A stretch of DNA of 35,692 nucleotides from Nemertoderma westbladi (Eukaryota > Animalia > Xenacoelomorpha), in contig JAUCBJ010000811.1 of assembly GCA_032718475.1 (NCBI GenBank), positions 1 to 35,692 on the forward strand, given 5' to 3'. Shown piece after piece: positions 10,192 through 23,403 of the stretch. Numbering within the stretch: position 1 is the stretch's first letter; each line of letters starts with the position of its first letter. The notes below the pieces were generated by a model. That model was not told the DNA's origin. It saw nothing but the letters and a program-made list of their open reading frames with translations, and ran no database searches. Made by a program: the position numbers and the translations under genes.

Positions 10192-11193
10192 TGTAAAAGC
10201 TTTTGCGTAATTAACCGGTTATTTTCCCTTAAAGTACTCTGTAGTTGGTTTGCCAGGCATAAAAGGCCGTGTCCTTACTGTACTGGTGTTTTAGAGGACA
10301 TAAAAGCCATTTCTTCTGTATTTGTACTTTAGAGGACATAATCCGCAATTTCGGGACGCAATAAGCTCGATACTCTTGAAAACAGTGTCGCTACCATGAC
10401 GACGGCTAACAGCTGATATTGCCACGTCGACATTTCTTTGTTTCTTTGTTCTCTAGTTATTCGGTCGACCAATCAGAGCGTTTTTTGTCTCTGTGTTGGA
10501 GTTGGATACAGAAACTCAGTAGTTCAGTGTTATGTTTTTGCCCAGAGCCTAAGAACACCGGCTTTTGGCACCTCCGTATATCAGCATTCTTTAGCTTTAC
10601 ATTAGTAGGCTTAATTATAGAACGTATATCTGTTATCAAACGAGTTATATATCCTAACCTAACCATACCAATGCAAATCGAGTTAACATACCATATCTAT
10701 CTATAAATTACTAATATTACTGCTTTTACTGTCGGTTATTCATTATATTGGTTGATGAAATATTATATCGGAATACTGATCAATAGTCAGACACCCCACC
10801 TTCTTGATATACTAAAGGTTAGAGAGACCGGTTACAGATAAACGATTGCGACCTATGTTAAGTGGTTTGAAGTGAATCTAATGCTATTTCATATGCCCGA
10901 CATAAATTGTATGTTGCTCTCTTTATACGTGACCAAATTTAGTGAAGGTCGGCAGATTAGTGTGCAGTATTGTGCAGCATTGTGTATGATTGTAACTGAT
11001 AACAAAGCATCTCCTAAAGAATGTGCCATATACGTGAATCTATAGCCTTTTCGTTGTGTCTAGTTTAAGTCATAACTCTGTTTACATATTTAGAGCTCCA
11101 CGTCCTAAAGGAACTGTTAATATTTCCCGAAAGTGAATAATATTAGTCAGAGATTATATATTACTATCAGTCGAATAATACGGTAGGCTTACA
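10192..11193 (+). repeat. 3' LTR of element A (~1.0 kb)
   Basis: Starts TGTAAAAGCTTTTGCG after the PPT, ends GCTTACA; homologous over its length to the inverted LTR at 11275-12229; CCAAT motif near 10469. Confidence 0.75.
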
Positions 11194-11274
11194 CCATCAA
11201 TCATTAAGCTCCGAATTCAGTCTCCCGGGTATATCCACCGGGTGAATGATTGCGCATAGACTGGCTTCGGCTAA

Positions 11275-12229
11275 TGTAGTGTATCAAATACTCGTCATAA
11301 GCTAAAGAATATATATCATCCAAAAGACATCCTAATTTGGCAGGTTAAACTGTCAAAGGTCTTAAAAGCGCAAACACTTATACTAAACACAACTAAATGG
11401 CTACTGAGTTTCGTAAATAGCGCATTCTTTAGGAGATGCTTTATTATCTGTCACACTACTTCACACGACTTCACACTACTTCACACTGATCTGCCGACCG
11501 TCACTGAATTTGATCATATATAAGGAGGATCGCAACTGACACATGTAGGGATTATGAAATAGCATTTAATTCACACAAAAACCACTATAATGTAAGTCGC
11601 AATTGCTACAGGTAACCTTCAGTTACCTTCAGTAATCAAGAAGATTGGGGGTTTTATGATTATTTATCGGTATTCTCCAAATATAACAACATATCCATCA
11701 ATATATAACAATTAATAACAGACAGTAAAATAATGCAGTGAACAATCAGTATATGTTACTTATGCAAGTCAGTTCAGCAGTTTGAGTTGATATGTGGATT
11801 GAGTTGTCGAGATAATAGATTTACGTTCTTGTAATCAAAGCTATCTAATGTTTGGCCAAAGTCTGAAACTTCTACAGAAGCACAGAAGAATTCTAAGCCG
11901 GTGTTCTGAGGCTCAAAAAAGGTAAACAAAGACTGTAATGCATTGCGCAGTTTTATATAGGCCCTTGTCCAGCATAAAATGAAAATCGCTCTGATTGGCT
12001 GAGCAGAACAAGGAGGTTCCACGTTTACAGAAAATCAGCTGACAGATTTCGTCATCTGAGCTCCAGTCTTTTAGAGTATTAGGCGCATTGCGGCAAAAAA
12101 TGACTTGTTATGTCCGCTAAAGCACCTACACGGTACATTGCGGAGAAAAATGACTTGTTATGTCCGCTTAGCACCTACACGGTATATTGCGGAGAAAAAT
12201 GACTTATTATGTCCGCAAAAGCTTTTACA
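11275..12229 (-). mobile_element. LTR of a related, diverged BEL/Pao family (element B), probably its 5' LTR
   Basis: Reverse complement starts with the identical 16-mer TGTAAAAGCTTTTGCG; shares CAGCTGAT, CCAATCAGAGCG, GAGCCT.AGAACACCGGCTT and AAAGCATCTCCTAAAGAATG with LTR A; CCAAT + TATATAAAA on the minus strand. Left boundary is approximate. Confidence 0.75.
12086..12216. repeat. ~50-bp tandem repeat (about 2.5 copies) inside LTR B
   Basis: CATTGCGGAGAAAAATGACTTGTTATGTCCGCT(A)AGCACCTACACGGTA repeated. Confidence 0.85.
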
Positions 12230-13583
12230 TCCACCAAGCGAACAAAGCAGCATTGGATTTAGCTACTACGTCCGGGAAGAAAGTTATACCTGTCAAAGAT
12301 ATCGCAGCTTCTGAAATGCGACGATTTTTGGGAATTACATTTTTGATGGGTGTAATAAGAAAATGTACTTTACATGATTACTGGTCCACTGGGGAGAGTA
12401 TCGCTACTCCGCATTTCGGGAAACTAATGTCACGAAATTGATATTGAAATCCTTCGTTATCTAAGATTTTCGGACTTAGATAAATTGGACCCGGATATCA
12501 GAATGACACGTCTGCAGGATTTCATTGACGAATTGCATCTAATTGTAAAAGTTTATACTGCTGGGGAGGAACTTTCGCTTGATGAATCATTACTGTTGCA
12601 TAAGGGGCTGTTACTATTCAAACAGTACATAAAGACAAAAGCAGCGCGATTTGGAATAAAACTATTTATTCTCACTGATCACCTTGGATATATGTTATCT
12701 ACTATTATATACTTTGGAGCACAATCTAAAATAAATAGCGGTGAGGATGGTGCTTCTCACCTTAGCAAATCTGAGCAGGTTGTTGTTTCGTTGTTGAAGG
12801 AAGCTATGGCTACCTAGATAAAGGATACACGGTATCAATTGATAACTGGTACAATTCTGTTCAGCTTGCCATGTACCTCTACGGACGGAATACTGGAATT
12901 AGAGGAACTATACGCTGTGACCGTGGTATTCCGCTGGATCTAAAGAATAATGAGTTGACTCCAATAAACTCGGTATTTTCCCGTAATAATGATGGTAATG
13001 GTCCGGTACTTGCCATAAAATTCTGTGACAAAAGAGTCGTTTACTTTATTACAACCTCCGATAAAGCCGACCTTGTAGATAAGACCCGCTACCTACCCGC
13101 AAGACAAACTCAAGACTTTAAGAAACCGCAACCTATTGATAAATACAACTATAACATGGGTGGAATAGATTCTTCGGATTCAATGATTTCTTCGTGTACA
13201 TATGTCCGCAAATGTCAGAAATGGTTTGTCAAACTAGGAATCCATTATATTCAGCACCTTGTATTGAATAGTTATATCCGCTACCGGGCTGAAAAAAACC
13301 GAAACATCTAACATTCAGTATGTACCTCTTGGATGCTATCGATTACCTAACACAAGTACCAACACGAGCCGTCCCACACAAGCGTCAATCTTTGCCAGCT
13401 GTGCCAACCACTCACAAGTTGGTCAAACTGGAACCATCTGGAAAGGTACTGTCCCCGCATAAGCGTTGCCGTGTGTGTTGGAAAAATCGTACTTACAAAA
13501 GATCGCGCTATATTTGCCCAGCTTGTCCTGATAAGCCTGGACTTTGTCCAACCTGCTTTGGAGAATATTCTCACTCAAATTGA
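12230..13583 (+). pseudogene. piggyBac transposase, 5'-truncated, with frameshifts and stops
   Basis: Fragments: EMRRFLGITFLMG, DYWST, LMSRN; LSLDES (first D); KAARFGIKLF; DNWYNS at 12841 (second D); GTIR; YNYNMGGIDSSD (third D); C-terminal Cys-rich domain CRVC...CPACPDKPGLC..CF. Split over four ORF pieces. Confidence 0.92.
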
Positions 13584-13689
13584 TTATAGATTGGTAAATT
13601 GGTAATAATTATTTTGTTTTTATTAGCGTGTTGCTGTTATTATTTTGTTGAATCATTATAATTGGCCTGTTGCTGTTACCTATTATTTT

Positions 13690-14265
13690 GTTGAATCAAA
13701 GAATCGATCAATCAATCAATAACTTGTGATAAAAAATATTTTTTATCTCGAAATTATATTTCTACAAAAAGTTTTTGGGAGAGAAAATGTAAAGAAATAT
13801 GTTTTCCTATTGAAACAAAAATCGATCAATAAATTGATCACCCAAAATCAATAACTGATCAATAAATCAATAACTCGAAATCAAAAATATTTTTTTATCT
13901 CGAAATTCGATTTCTACATAATGTTTTGGGTCAAAAAATGTAAAGAAATATATTTTCTTATTGAATCAAAGAATCGATCAATAAATTGATAAATAAAAAT
14001 CAATAATTGATCAATCAATCAATAAATTTTGCTCAAAAATGTTTTTTTACTTGAAATTCAAATTCTACATAAAAATTTAAGTCAGAATATGTAAAAATTA
14101 TTTTTAATTATGAACTATTGTACAAATCAATTAATTGATAAATAAATTGATCAAAACCAATAACTAATCAATAAATCGATAAATTTGAAAAAAATTAAAA
14201 ATCATCCAGAAATTCGGAATCTACAGATCATTTTGTTTAAGAAAAGTAAAATGGACATTTCTGAA
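13690..14265 (+). repeat. AT-rich subterminal tandem repeat (~120-150-bp units, about 4 copies)
   Basis: Recurring TTGAATCAAAGAATCGATCAAT...TCTCGAAATT...TTCTACA...ATGTAAAGAAATAT. Confidence 0.8.
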
Positions 14266-15039
14266 TAAAACTTTCAATTTTTCCAATTTTATGGAGCATT
14301 GGCCCACACTTATTTTAAAGCACTGGGCTGGAAAGGGTAATGGGTTAACATTAAGAAGATTATGATTATGAAATTCAGGAGAGATGGCTGACTGAGAAAG
14401 GCGGACGTATTTTACTGCGGTGGAAAGAAACTAACTGTTTGTAATGATTATCAGTATTAGGGGGTTGTTGCCCTAAAATCAAGCTGGACCTTTACTCGAC
14501 ATTTAAAGAAAAAAGATGGTAAAGGCAGCTGTAGCTAGCGCTATGGGCAAGAATATACAATCACTATCTCTAGGAGGGGTAGTTATAAAACCCGAAAATG
14601 ACGAAATGATCATAACGAAAATATTGAACATATCAAACAATCTACAAAATCTCGCTTTCCAGTACGATAGGTATTATTAGAAGGCACACTTTACATTTTT
14701 AAATTAATAAAATCCGATAATTTCGCCCCATTTTCGACCTTAAAAGTAATTTAATACCAAATACTGTCTGCTGGTTGGTTGTTAGGTGTTAGCTGTTGAC
14801 CAATGGTGGCTTGGATGAAATCAGTGTACTGGAGTATTGGTCTGGTGCATTACAGATGTGATGCTACAGATACTGTACAGCTGTACTGATGTACAGCGTA
14901 CAGGCCTACAACAGTACAACAGCCCTATCAACCTACAGGAGCTGTTGCGCTGACAGACAGAGAGATAACATCCCATGGGGTAGGGGGTACAGGTTAAGGA
15001 TTTTTTCTGGACTATCAGATACCGGTAGAAGATGATTAG

Positions 15040-15415
15040 GCCTATTAAAAGAAGGAATGATGGCAACGGCGTCTATCAAACCCGGAATGATGGCGATGGA
15101 GAATATTAAACCCAGAAGCCAGAACGATGGTGACAGAGCCTATTAAATCCGGAACGATGGCAACAGAGTCTATTAAACCCAGAACAATGGCGACAGAGTC
15201 TATTAAACCTGGAACGATGGCGATGGAGTCTATTAAACCCAGAACGATTAGATGGAGTCTATTGAACCCGGAACGATGGCGACGGAGTCTATTAAACCCG
15301 GAACGATGGCGACGGAGTCTATTAAACCCATAATGATGGCAATGGAGTCTATTAAACCCGGAACCATGGCCTCTTTTAAACCTGGGACGTTGGCGACGGA
15401 GTCCATTAAACCAAA
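15040..15415 (+). repeat. 30-bp minisatellite in the left TIR
   Basis: GGAACGATGGCGACGGAGTCTATTAAACCC, about 12 diverged copies. Confidence 0.92.
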
Positions 15416-16296
15416 GGCCTACCGAATTAGGTAAAGGATGGATTCCCTGAGGGAGAACGAGTTTACAGCGGTTTTGATACAGTTTGGGGTAGGGCGGGTT
15501 GAGTTGACCTCAGGTCACCCAACCCACCTATCTAGAGACGAAACAACCTAACTAGATACGAACTCCGCGCCCTGAACTGAAGTAAAAGAGTAAGAGTTTA
15601 ATTTTAGTACAACTGTAACTAATTCTGGTTTATTTTATTTAAACTTTATTTTGTACAGTTGTTGTGATGGTTTAATTTCGATGTAAAATGTAGCATGTAG
15701 TAAACTACTGTAATATAAATACATATATATTGCATAATTACTGTATAATATTGTAATTTGTCATATTAATTTGGTGCGGGATTAGCAAGTAACTGTGTTC
15801 AATTAGCTCTTGTTGGAGGCCTTCTGACTCCTGTCACTGTCGGTTTTGTGGCGCGCCTGCCACAGATATTCTACACTCTACATTCTCACTTCTACATTAT
15901 ACCGGACATTCTACCATCTGCGTCTCGCTTTTCACTTGCAGTCCTTACAGTCCCAATCCCAATAAACATTAACTTGGTCGTTTTGGCGGCCAAAATGACC
16001 AAAATCACCAAAAAAATGTAGTGTATTCCTATGGGCTACTTGGTCGTTTTGGCGAAGCGATTTAACTCGAATCAGCTCAATCCAGACAGTCTGTCTCCTT
16101 GGCCATCCATTTGGTGGATCTGACTAAATGTCGGCTCGCTTTCATTTTTATTATTGACAGATTGTTAACTTACCCGGCGCTGAGCCTTGCAGTACTGGAG
16201 TCCGCCCACTGAGGCATTGATAGAGTATACACTATACAGTCTTTTAAAAGGAGTTGAATGGGGCTTCGTTAAAGGAGGAGTATGTATAATAATATG

Positions 16297-16467
16297 AACG
16301 TCCCGAAATTAATTTATGGACGTCCCGAAATTAACTTATGGACGTCCCGAAATTAATTTATGGACGTCCCAAAATTAATCTACCAACCAATCAGAATCGT
16401 AATGAAATAACTAATTAATGGACGTCCATAAATTAATTTCGGGATGTTAATTTCGGAAATTAATTTC
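16297..16467. repeat. 22-bp tandem/inverted repeat cluster (also 27812-28050)
   Basis: GGACGTCCCGAAATTAA(T/C)TTAT direct copies followed by an inverted copy; copy number differs between the two host elements. Confidence 0.85.
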
Positions 16468-16538
16468 AATAATATTTTTTTTTATAATAAAAATTTTTTT
16501 TAGTATTTTTTTACAATGTATAATTCGCGGACACTGCG

Positions 16539-16939
16539 GGGTGACTACAAAACAAAGACCCAATTATAAAGACCTGCATAATCTTGTTACATGTGTTAAC
16601 TTTCGTTAATTGTTTTGAATCCCCCGTCACACCTCTGTAACTTGCTCCTTTACTAACCTGCTCCTTTAAATAGCAATGGTACATAACGCTCATTGTGACC
16701 TGTACAAAACAAAGAGGTAAAGTCGCGTTACGTCCCAAAGAGCGTTAGGTTCCAAAGAGCTTTAGGTCCCATTGCCAGAGAGTGTTAGGTCACATTGCCA
16801 TTTAAAGGAGCAGGTTAGTAAAGAAGCAGGTTACAGAGGCGTGTTGGGGAACAAAAACAATAAACGAAAGTTAACACGTGTTTTGTATTTGTACAGGTCT
16901 TTATTATTTGGGTCGTTGGTCTTTGTTTTGTAGTCACCC
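16539..16939. mobile_element. Mutator-like MITE nested in the Tc1-type element
   Basis: ~140-bp imperfect TIRs GGGTGACTACAAAACAAAGACC...; perfect 9-bp TSD GACACTGCG (16530-16538, 16940-16948). Confidence 0.85.
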
Positions 16940-17924
16940 GACACTGCGGTGTTGCGTGGGGGCCACCAATCCACCCACCCACACTCAACTCCCAACTTCC
17001 TGGACACTAGGATACTGAGTGAAAGCGTCTGAAACTACTACAGGAACACATGACAGACTATGGGCTAGCGACTAGGGACTGGCGCCCTTGAACATGTAAA
17101 CTGTAGTACCTACTGTACCACCTACCTTAAAGTGACCTGTGGGAATACTGTAGCCCATTATTAGTGAGGTCGGCATTTCTCTTTATCCTGCCGCTCTCTT
17201 TGTATTACAATAGCATACAGCTAACCAATGGCAATGGTCTACCCCCAGTGCGGTTTTCTATCTGCCAACATCCTGGGCTTTACTTACACTCAGCATCTAT
17301 TCACTGGCTGTGATTGACAAGCCAACTTGCCTCAGAAGTTCCTTTCATGAATGCCGCAATTTATATTTGGCCATTTTGGTTGTTTTGGCCGCCAAAATGA
17401 CCAAGTTAATGTTTATTGGGATTGGGACTGTACAAGATTCGTCACTTAATTTCTCTTAATTAATTCTTACAGTAATCATTTTGCGATCTTTCTTCGACTT
17501 ATTGGTTTTATTTATTTTATACTACCCGTTGGGTAAATAAAGATAACAATTTCATAGGAGAGTCAGTCGAATATGTGTAGCGGTGAATACATGTTTCACA
17601 TTAACAATGATAACGGCGACAATAATAATCAACATTGACGTTAAAAGCAATGACTCGAATTAATACCACACTGATATGATTCATATGTAGTGTTAAAATC
17701 ATTTACCAATGTCAAAATCAGTTACCAGCAGCTCTTGACATAAATTGACATGACATTTTTTATAAAGTGATTGACAGATTGATGTTAAATAATTTCAAAA
17801 TTATCAATATAACAATATATTATTATGATTTTAGTATTGGTGACAAACCAGTCTGACTTCGAAACTCTCTTGTTCAATGTATAATCGTATGGGGTTATTT
17901 GATTGGCATCACAATCCCTCGGGG

Positions 17925-18137
17925 TTACGGGGTTTAATAGACTCAGCATTCGATTGCTCTCGTAATTCCGGGTTTAATAGACTCCGTCGCCATCGTTCCG
18001 GGTATAATCGACTCAGTCGCCATTGTTCCGAGTTTAATAGACTCCGTCGCCATCATTCCGGGTTTAATAGACACCGTTGCCATCGTTCCGGCTTCCGGGT
18101 TTAATAGACTCCGTCGCCATCGTTCCTTCTTTTAATA
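17925..18137 (-). repeat. Same 30-bp minisatellite in the right TIR (inverted)
   Basis: GGGTTTAATAGACTCCGTCGCCATCGTTCC, about 6-7 copies. Confidence 0.9.
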
Positions 18138-18379
18138 ATCACCTTCTACCGGTATCTGATAGTCCAGAATAAATCCTTAACCTGTACCCCCTACGCCCTA
18201 CCCCATGGGACGTTATCTCTCTCTCTGTCAGCGCAACAGCTCCTGTAGGCTGATAGTAGGGCTGTTGTACTGTGGTGGGCCTGTACATCAGTACATATGT
18301 AGCACCACATCTGCAATGCAAAAGACCAATACTGCAGTACACTGATTTCATCCAAGCCGCCATTGGTCAAGAGCTAACA

Positions 18380-20150
18380 TGTTAAAGAAATCTCAAAGGG
18401 GATTCTTCCTTTTGATATGTTCGTATTTTCAAATGAAACAAAGGGTTTAATCAAACTATAACATACCAAGCTAATTGCCCTAAACACAAGCCGAAACAGA
18501 AACAACCAAAACAATAAATCTGATTAGGCTTCCCAAGCTACTTAATACGAGTAACGAGTGTTGGTGACTTAACACTCCAATTGTTCACCCTTCACAGAGA
18601 AATAAAGCAGTTCATCAGGCGGACAAATGTTGAATGTGAGAATATTTAAGAATGCAAAAGGGGGGAAATTATTTACCTAAACCCTGGTGCCCTTAGCGCT
18701 GACTGTAATCAGCTATATTACTGCTCGCTACGCTTGCGACTACTGTAGACTTGCAAACCCGCTATTTTTTAGATAACCACCTAGCTGCCTAGTGTAAATT
18801 TGTCCAAAGATATTTCTGTATTTCCTAAGTATAAATAACTAAAACTATTCTCCGCTATGCAGCGTACGAAGTCCTTATTTTATTCTAAATACTACCATAC
18901 ATAAACTACATTTACTCAAATGTGCGGGGTTTCGAACTAATTTATTAGGTATTCCAGAATTTGTAAGGCTAATTAGTTACGTTACTGGGCTACACTAAAG
19001 ACAGCCTAAATACCGTATTATTTGAGCTAACAGCAATTAACAAGCGTAAATAGAAAACAGAAACAATCAAGATATATAGCGCCTATCTAAAACATTACAC
19101 ATAAATAGCCTACCTACAATTAGGCCCTATAATCGCAGTAATAGCGTTAGCATTAGCATTAGCGTAGCATTAGCATAAACGTTGCATTAGCATAAACGGC
19201 TAAGGTCACCCCAGATCAATGTGATCTTTCTACCTAAACCTAGCTAGCCTAATAGCAAATCTGAGAGACAAGATCTAGGTTGCCTTGCCCCTTACAGCCT
19301 TAATGGCGACCGGCCCTCGGTCCTAAACGTAATTCAGCCAACCGCAGCCACCAGCCCCGCCGGTAGTGCCGTGCATTGGATCCTCCAACTTTTCTCGCCG
19401 CTTCCAAACAGTGAGCCCGCAGCGCCTACCCCTAGCCCAACATGTTAAAGAGGGCAGTTATCGTAACGGCGCAATCATAGTAAAACCCAATCAGACAGTC
19501 GAAGGAAAAAAACAGACAAAAGTTGATTTTGGTTCACTACATTGCGGCAATTATATTTGCAATCAGAAATATAAAATCAACAGTCAGAATAAGCAGTAAT
19601 CATATTCAAAAGTCACAAATGTATGAAGAATGCAGCAAAATTTACAACCAACGGAAGTGCAAAAAACGAAGAATAAAGATGGCTACTGCTAAAATAATCA
19701 GGCGACATCCAGGGTTGTCTCAGCTGGATTTTCGACCAACCAGTGGGCAGAACTCAATTTAGGATCATTAAAGCACGTAATCGCCTCAACTTAATTTGGC
19801 GATTAATAAAAGCACAATTTAGGCGTTATTTTAGCACAAACATCGATTTATAGGGATATGTAAATAAAATTAGCACAAATGTATTAGATTCGATAGATAT
19901 TGGAAAACGGCAAAATTCATATTTTGTTTTAAAGAATTTTGCCACCGCAAATGAATATATCAGGGTTTTATTATAAAATGACGTAAATAGGGCTACATAC
20001 TGTATAAAATCGACTGAATATAAAATGAACTCATGTATTTTTTATTTACCCTATCTAATTATTACGGTTGCACATCAATACGCACTTATCTAACTTATTT
20101 TATACTGTATAAGGTGGGTTGTTCTGTACACAACGCCATATATCGCAACA
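18380..20150 (-). repeat. 3' LTR of element C
   Basis: TGTTAAAGAAATCTC...ATATCGCAACA; near-identical to 30149-31931; contains a TTAGCA hexamer run at ~19140-19195. Confidence 0.9.
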
Positions 20151-20871
20151 TAACACCTAACAACCAACCAGCAGACAGTATTTGGTATTAAATTACGTTT
20201 AAGGTCGAAAATGGGGCGAAATTATCGGATTTTATTAATTAAAAAATGTAAAGTATGCCTTCTAATAATACCTATCGTACTGGAAAGCGAGATTTTGCAG
20301 ATTCTTTGATAAATTCGATATTTTCGTTGATCATTACGTTGTTTTCGTTATTTTGGGGTTTTATAACCATCCTTCTAGGAGGGAGGAAAACGTGGTTGAC
20401 ATTTGACATTTGTGGTTGACATTCCTTTTCGATTATTAAAACTTCCACTTAATCATGGGAAAACAATTGTATGTAAAATTCAAGTAACACGATTTATGTT
20501 TACTTATTATTATTATTTCCACCAATTCCATGAATTTACTACTATAGTCCTGCACCACAATGTAGAACATTCGTGTATGAATATATGCGAAATAGTAATT
20601 CATAAAAATTATACCTATATAAATACTAAATATATATTTTTTTAAAAGTATCGCATGGCTGCGCACCGACTTATGAGATATTTATTATGTCCCATGTAGA
20701 TAATGAATAGTTAATAAATTTAATAAAATAGCCTCGCGCAGAATATTAATATTGGAATTTTCGAAACCCATATTATGCTGTATCAGCTCTCTCAGGCCTA
20801 CATACGCCAGGATGGTAGACAAGGTTCCTGTAATAATATACATACTCACTTAAAACTTAAAAATGATGCAT
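20151..20871 (+). repeat. Duplicated copy of the outer flank 31932-32662
   Basis: TAACACCTAACAACC...AAAATGATGCAT occurs at both places. Confidence 0.92.
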
Positions 20872-23224
20872 ATATCGCAACACCGCTCCAAGAGAAACAT
20901 GTAATGTTTCTCTCCAATTGTAGAAGAAATATGGCGGTGTGGAATAACAAATAAAATTTACTTTCAAATAAATCAATAAACTTGGTTCTATTATAATTCT
21001 AATACATACAAAATATTGCTACCTTTACTGCATAAATATTATGCTTACATACAAAATACAAATTAAATTAAAAAATATACTTCCTTCGAATTATTTACAA
21101 ATTAACAATTTACTTATTGAAATGGAACATGGCTAGGACTATGTCCCCCATTTCCCATCTCAAATTATAGAGAACAATAATAACAAAAGAACTAAAATAT
21201 AAAACGTATTTGAGGCTAAATGTTTAACTAAATATTATTGCGTTATAAGGCTGACAATCAAATTAAATATAAAATACGTAATAATTTCTTTCATTTTCGG
21301 ACTTTACTTAATTTCTTATAAAAACGCAAATCATCTTGGTTTGATGATTGCTCAGGTAAGTGAAAGGAGTAAGCCAAACCCGCGGGTTTGTCTCCCCAAT
21401 CACTTCCTTTGCCTCTTTCAATAAACTTTAGAGCAAATAAAGTCATATACACAAAATCAAATATAGTATAAAGTATTTACTATTTCCAACGGACTATAAA
21501 GTAAAAGTATTTCCTTTCAATATTTTTCGGCCTTCTTTTTTATATAAAAAAAATTCTGTCTAAACTAAATCAAATGAAAAATAAGTATAACATATATTAA
21601 AATCCACTTGTGAGGGTGGGCAATAAATCTAGACGTATATATCAGAGCGACGATGATATATAAAGGATTGGACATATTCGGGCTTAATAATACGTGCGTC
21701 GAAACTTCCCGAAATAATTTGGAGTAAAATATCGTATAAATCGCGGATCATTGGGTATGGTTAGTAGATGGATGGATGGCGCGAGTCTATTGGATGTCGG
21801 AACAGCTTGCGTTGTCTTTTCGCGTCGTATCTTTATCTCATCGGCACTCACATCGACATCTCCACTAAGGCAGGAGTAGTATGAATTCCAATCTCACTAT
21901 ATAAGGATCCGGAATCGTAGTCGTCAGTGTAACAGATGTTGGGGGTTTCTTTCCGCTAAAATCAACGGTTATCTCGGGTTACTCATCGGATCGCTTTCGT
22001 CCTTCTGGGCTCCTCCAAACACCAACGGATGGCGCTTCAAAATTCTCGCGACTATGTCTGTTATCAAGCAAGTTACCGTGTTTGATTCCAACAATAGATA
22101 ATACTGCAACGAAGCACGAGGTGGTGCGCAAATGTTCCAATATACCAACGCTTATCACTTGAAATGGGATTTGAACTCAGCTCCCAGTGGCGTGTTATAT
22201 TCACCGTACGCCTCCTCATACTTCTTCTGCGTCTTCAACTTAAAACCCAATTATACAATAAATGAGCTATAAAGCCCATACCAGTCTTGGCTCGACATCC
22301 CGAGCTACCTGGCCTGCCTTCCAGCAGTTCAGGTTCGGCTCTCTAGATCCCGCCTCAATCCTAAGTTAACGTCTATATCTATTCCCATGCATAGCGCAAA
22401 AACTTTGGAGATAAACTGGCCGTGACCGACTCACTTTTTTGATGCCCAAATTACTCCCCAAATACTTGTACTAGAATACAGTAGTTAGAACAGACATTAT
22501 TTGGGGCGCTCGACTATACCAAACCCACGGGTTTGATTATCAAACACCTCTCTCCACTACAAACTACTGAGTGGGGTCTGTGTACGTCGCTGGTGCTACT
22601 AACCTTTAGCACCTTTGGTTGTTGTACTGTTGGCACCAATCTGTGGAATCTACTGAACTCAATTTACACTCCTAAATATAATAGCCATAACCATGGTGTT
22701 TAGATACTATGTCTTCCATCTTGTCACGACTTTCAAAATTACTATACTCTTATAAACATGTTCACATGTTTATTCTACGTTTGAATTTGTCTTGGGTTCA
22801 ACTGTAATTATAATTTTTTTTAACTTTCAAACTTTCAAATGCAAAAAAAATTTTGATACCCACCAACATATTTTCAAACGCAATTCTCCACAAACCCGCT
22901 CCTATGCATTTCCAAGTATTTGCATATGAGGAATGCATATGAAGTGAATCTGCGTTTCTGACATTAATTTTGTTTTGAGGCAAAAGACAAGTTATAGTCT
23001 CCTGTCTCAATGCGTGTTTGTGACAATTGCGATCCCACTGACGGAATCTTCGAATCCAAATCCGCACATTTGTAAACTGAAGGCTCCACTGGTGTGGTCG
23101 TTTCTTGTCGGTTACTTACTAACTAACTGGGACCCTTGAGCTCCTTGCGCAATCTGTAGGGGTGGCTTTATGTCATAGCTAACCCTTCCAGATCTTGTGG
23201 TCATGTATGTCTCTTGATCCAAGA

Positions 23225-23403
23225 AGTCTATAGGCCGTTCCACTGGGTCTCTAGGCTGCTCCACTGAGTCTCTAGGCCGCTTCAATGAGTCCTTAGGCCG
23301 CTACAATGAGTCTCTAGGCCTATCCACTGAGTCTCTAGGCCGCTCCAATGAGTCTCTAGGCCTATCCACTGAGTCTCTAGGCCGCTCCAATGAGTCTCTA
23401 GGC
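23225..23403. repeat. 21-bp tandem repeat at the end of gag
   Basis: CCACTGAGTCTCTAGGCCGCT-like units, about 8 copies (LETHWSG/LETQWIG). Confidence 0.9.

Larger units (their letters stand above)
1..11193 (+). mobile_element. BEL/Pao LTR retrotransposon (element A), 5' part outside the window: pol + extra ORF2 + PPT + 3' LTR
   Basis: BEL-type pol ending at 4218, second long ORF 5860-10113, then TGGGAGCGG followed by a TGT...ACA-bounded ~1-kb LTR; no matching 5' LTR inside the window. Confidence 0.85.
12230..14348 (+). mobile_element. piggyBac DNA transposon, 3' portion with terminus and TTAA
   Basis: Transposase remnant, AT-rich subterminal repeats, end ...GAAAGGGTAATGGG followed by TTAA (14345-14348). 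Confidence 0.75.
15948..17430. mobile_element. Non-autonomous Tc1/mariner-superfamily element (short copy, 1483 bp)
   Basis: ~58-bp TIR CAGTCCCAATCCCAATAAACATTAACTTGGTC..., TA on both sides; near-identical to 27469-29584. Confidence 0.88.

Noticed and set aside
10192-12229. DNA transposon with 1-kb TIRs
   Set aside because: Each arm is itself TGT...ACA bounded, the left follows a PPT, arms are too diverged and no TSD flanks the pair.
15040-15434. 30-bp array as a CRISPR array or a repeat protein (MATESIKPGT)
   Set aside because: Head-to-tail units without unique spacers, eukaryotic TE context, frame broken by indels and stops.
19140-19200. TTAGCA run as telomeric repeat
   Set aside because: Short, degenerate and internal to both LTR copies.
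18380-20150. Independent solo LTR
   Set aside because: Apparent TSD is explained by the duplicated flank; the PPT plus LTR stub at 20869-20890 ties it to element C.
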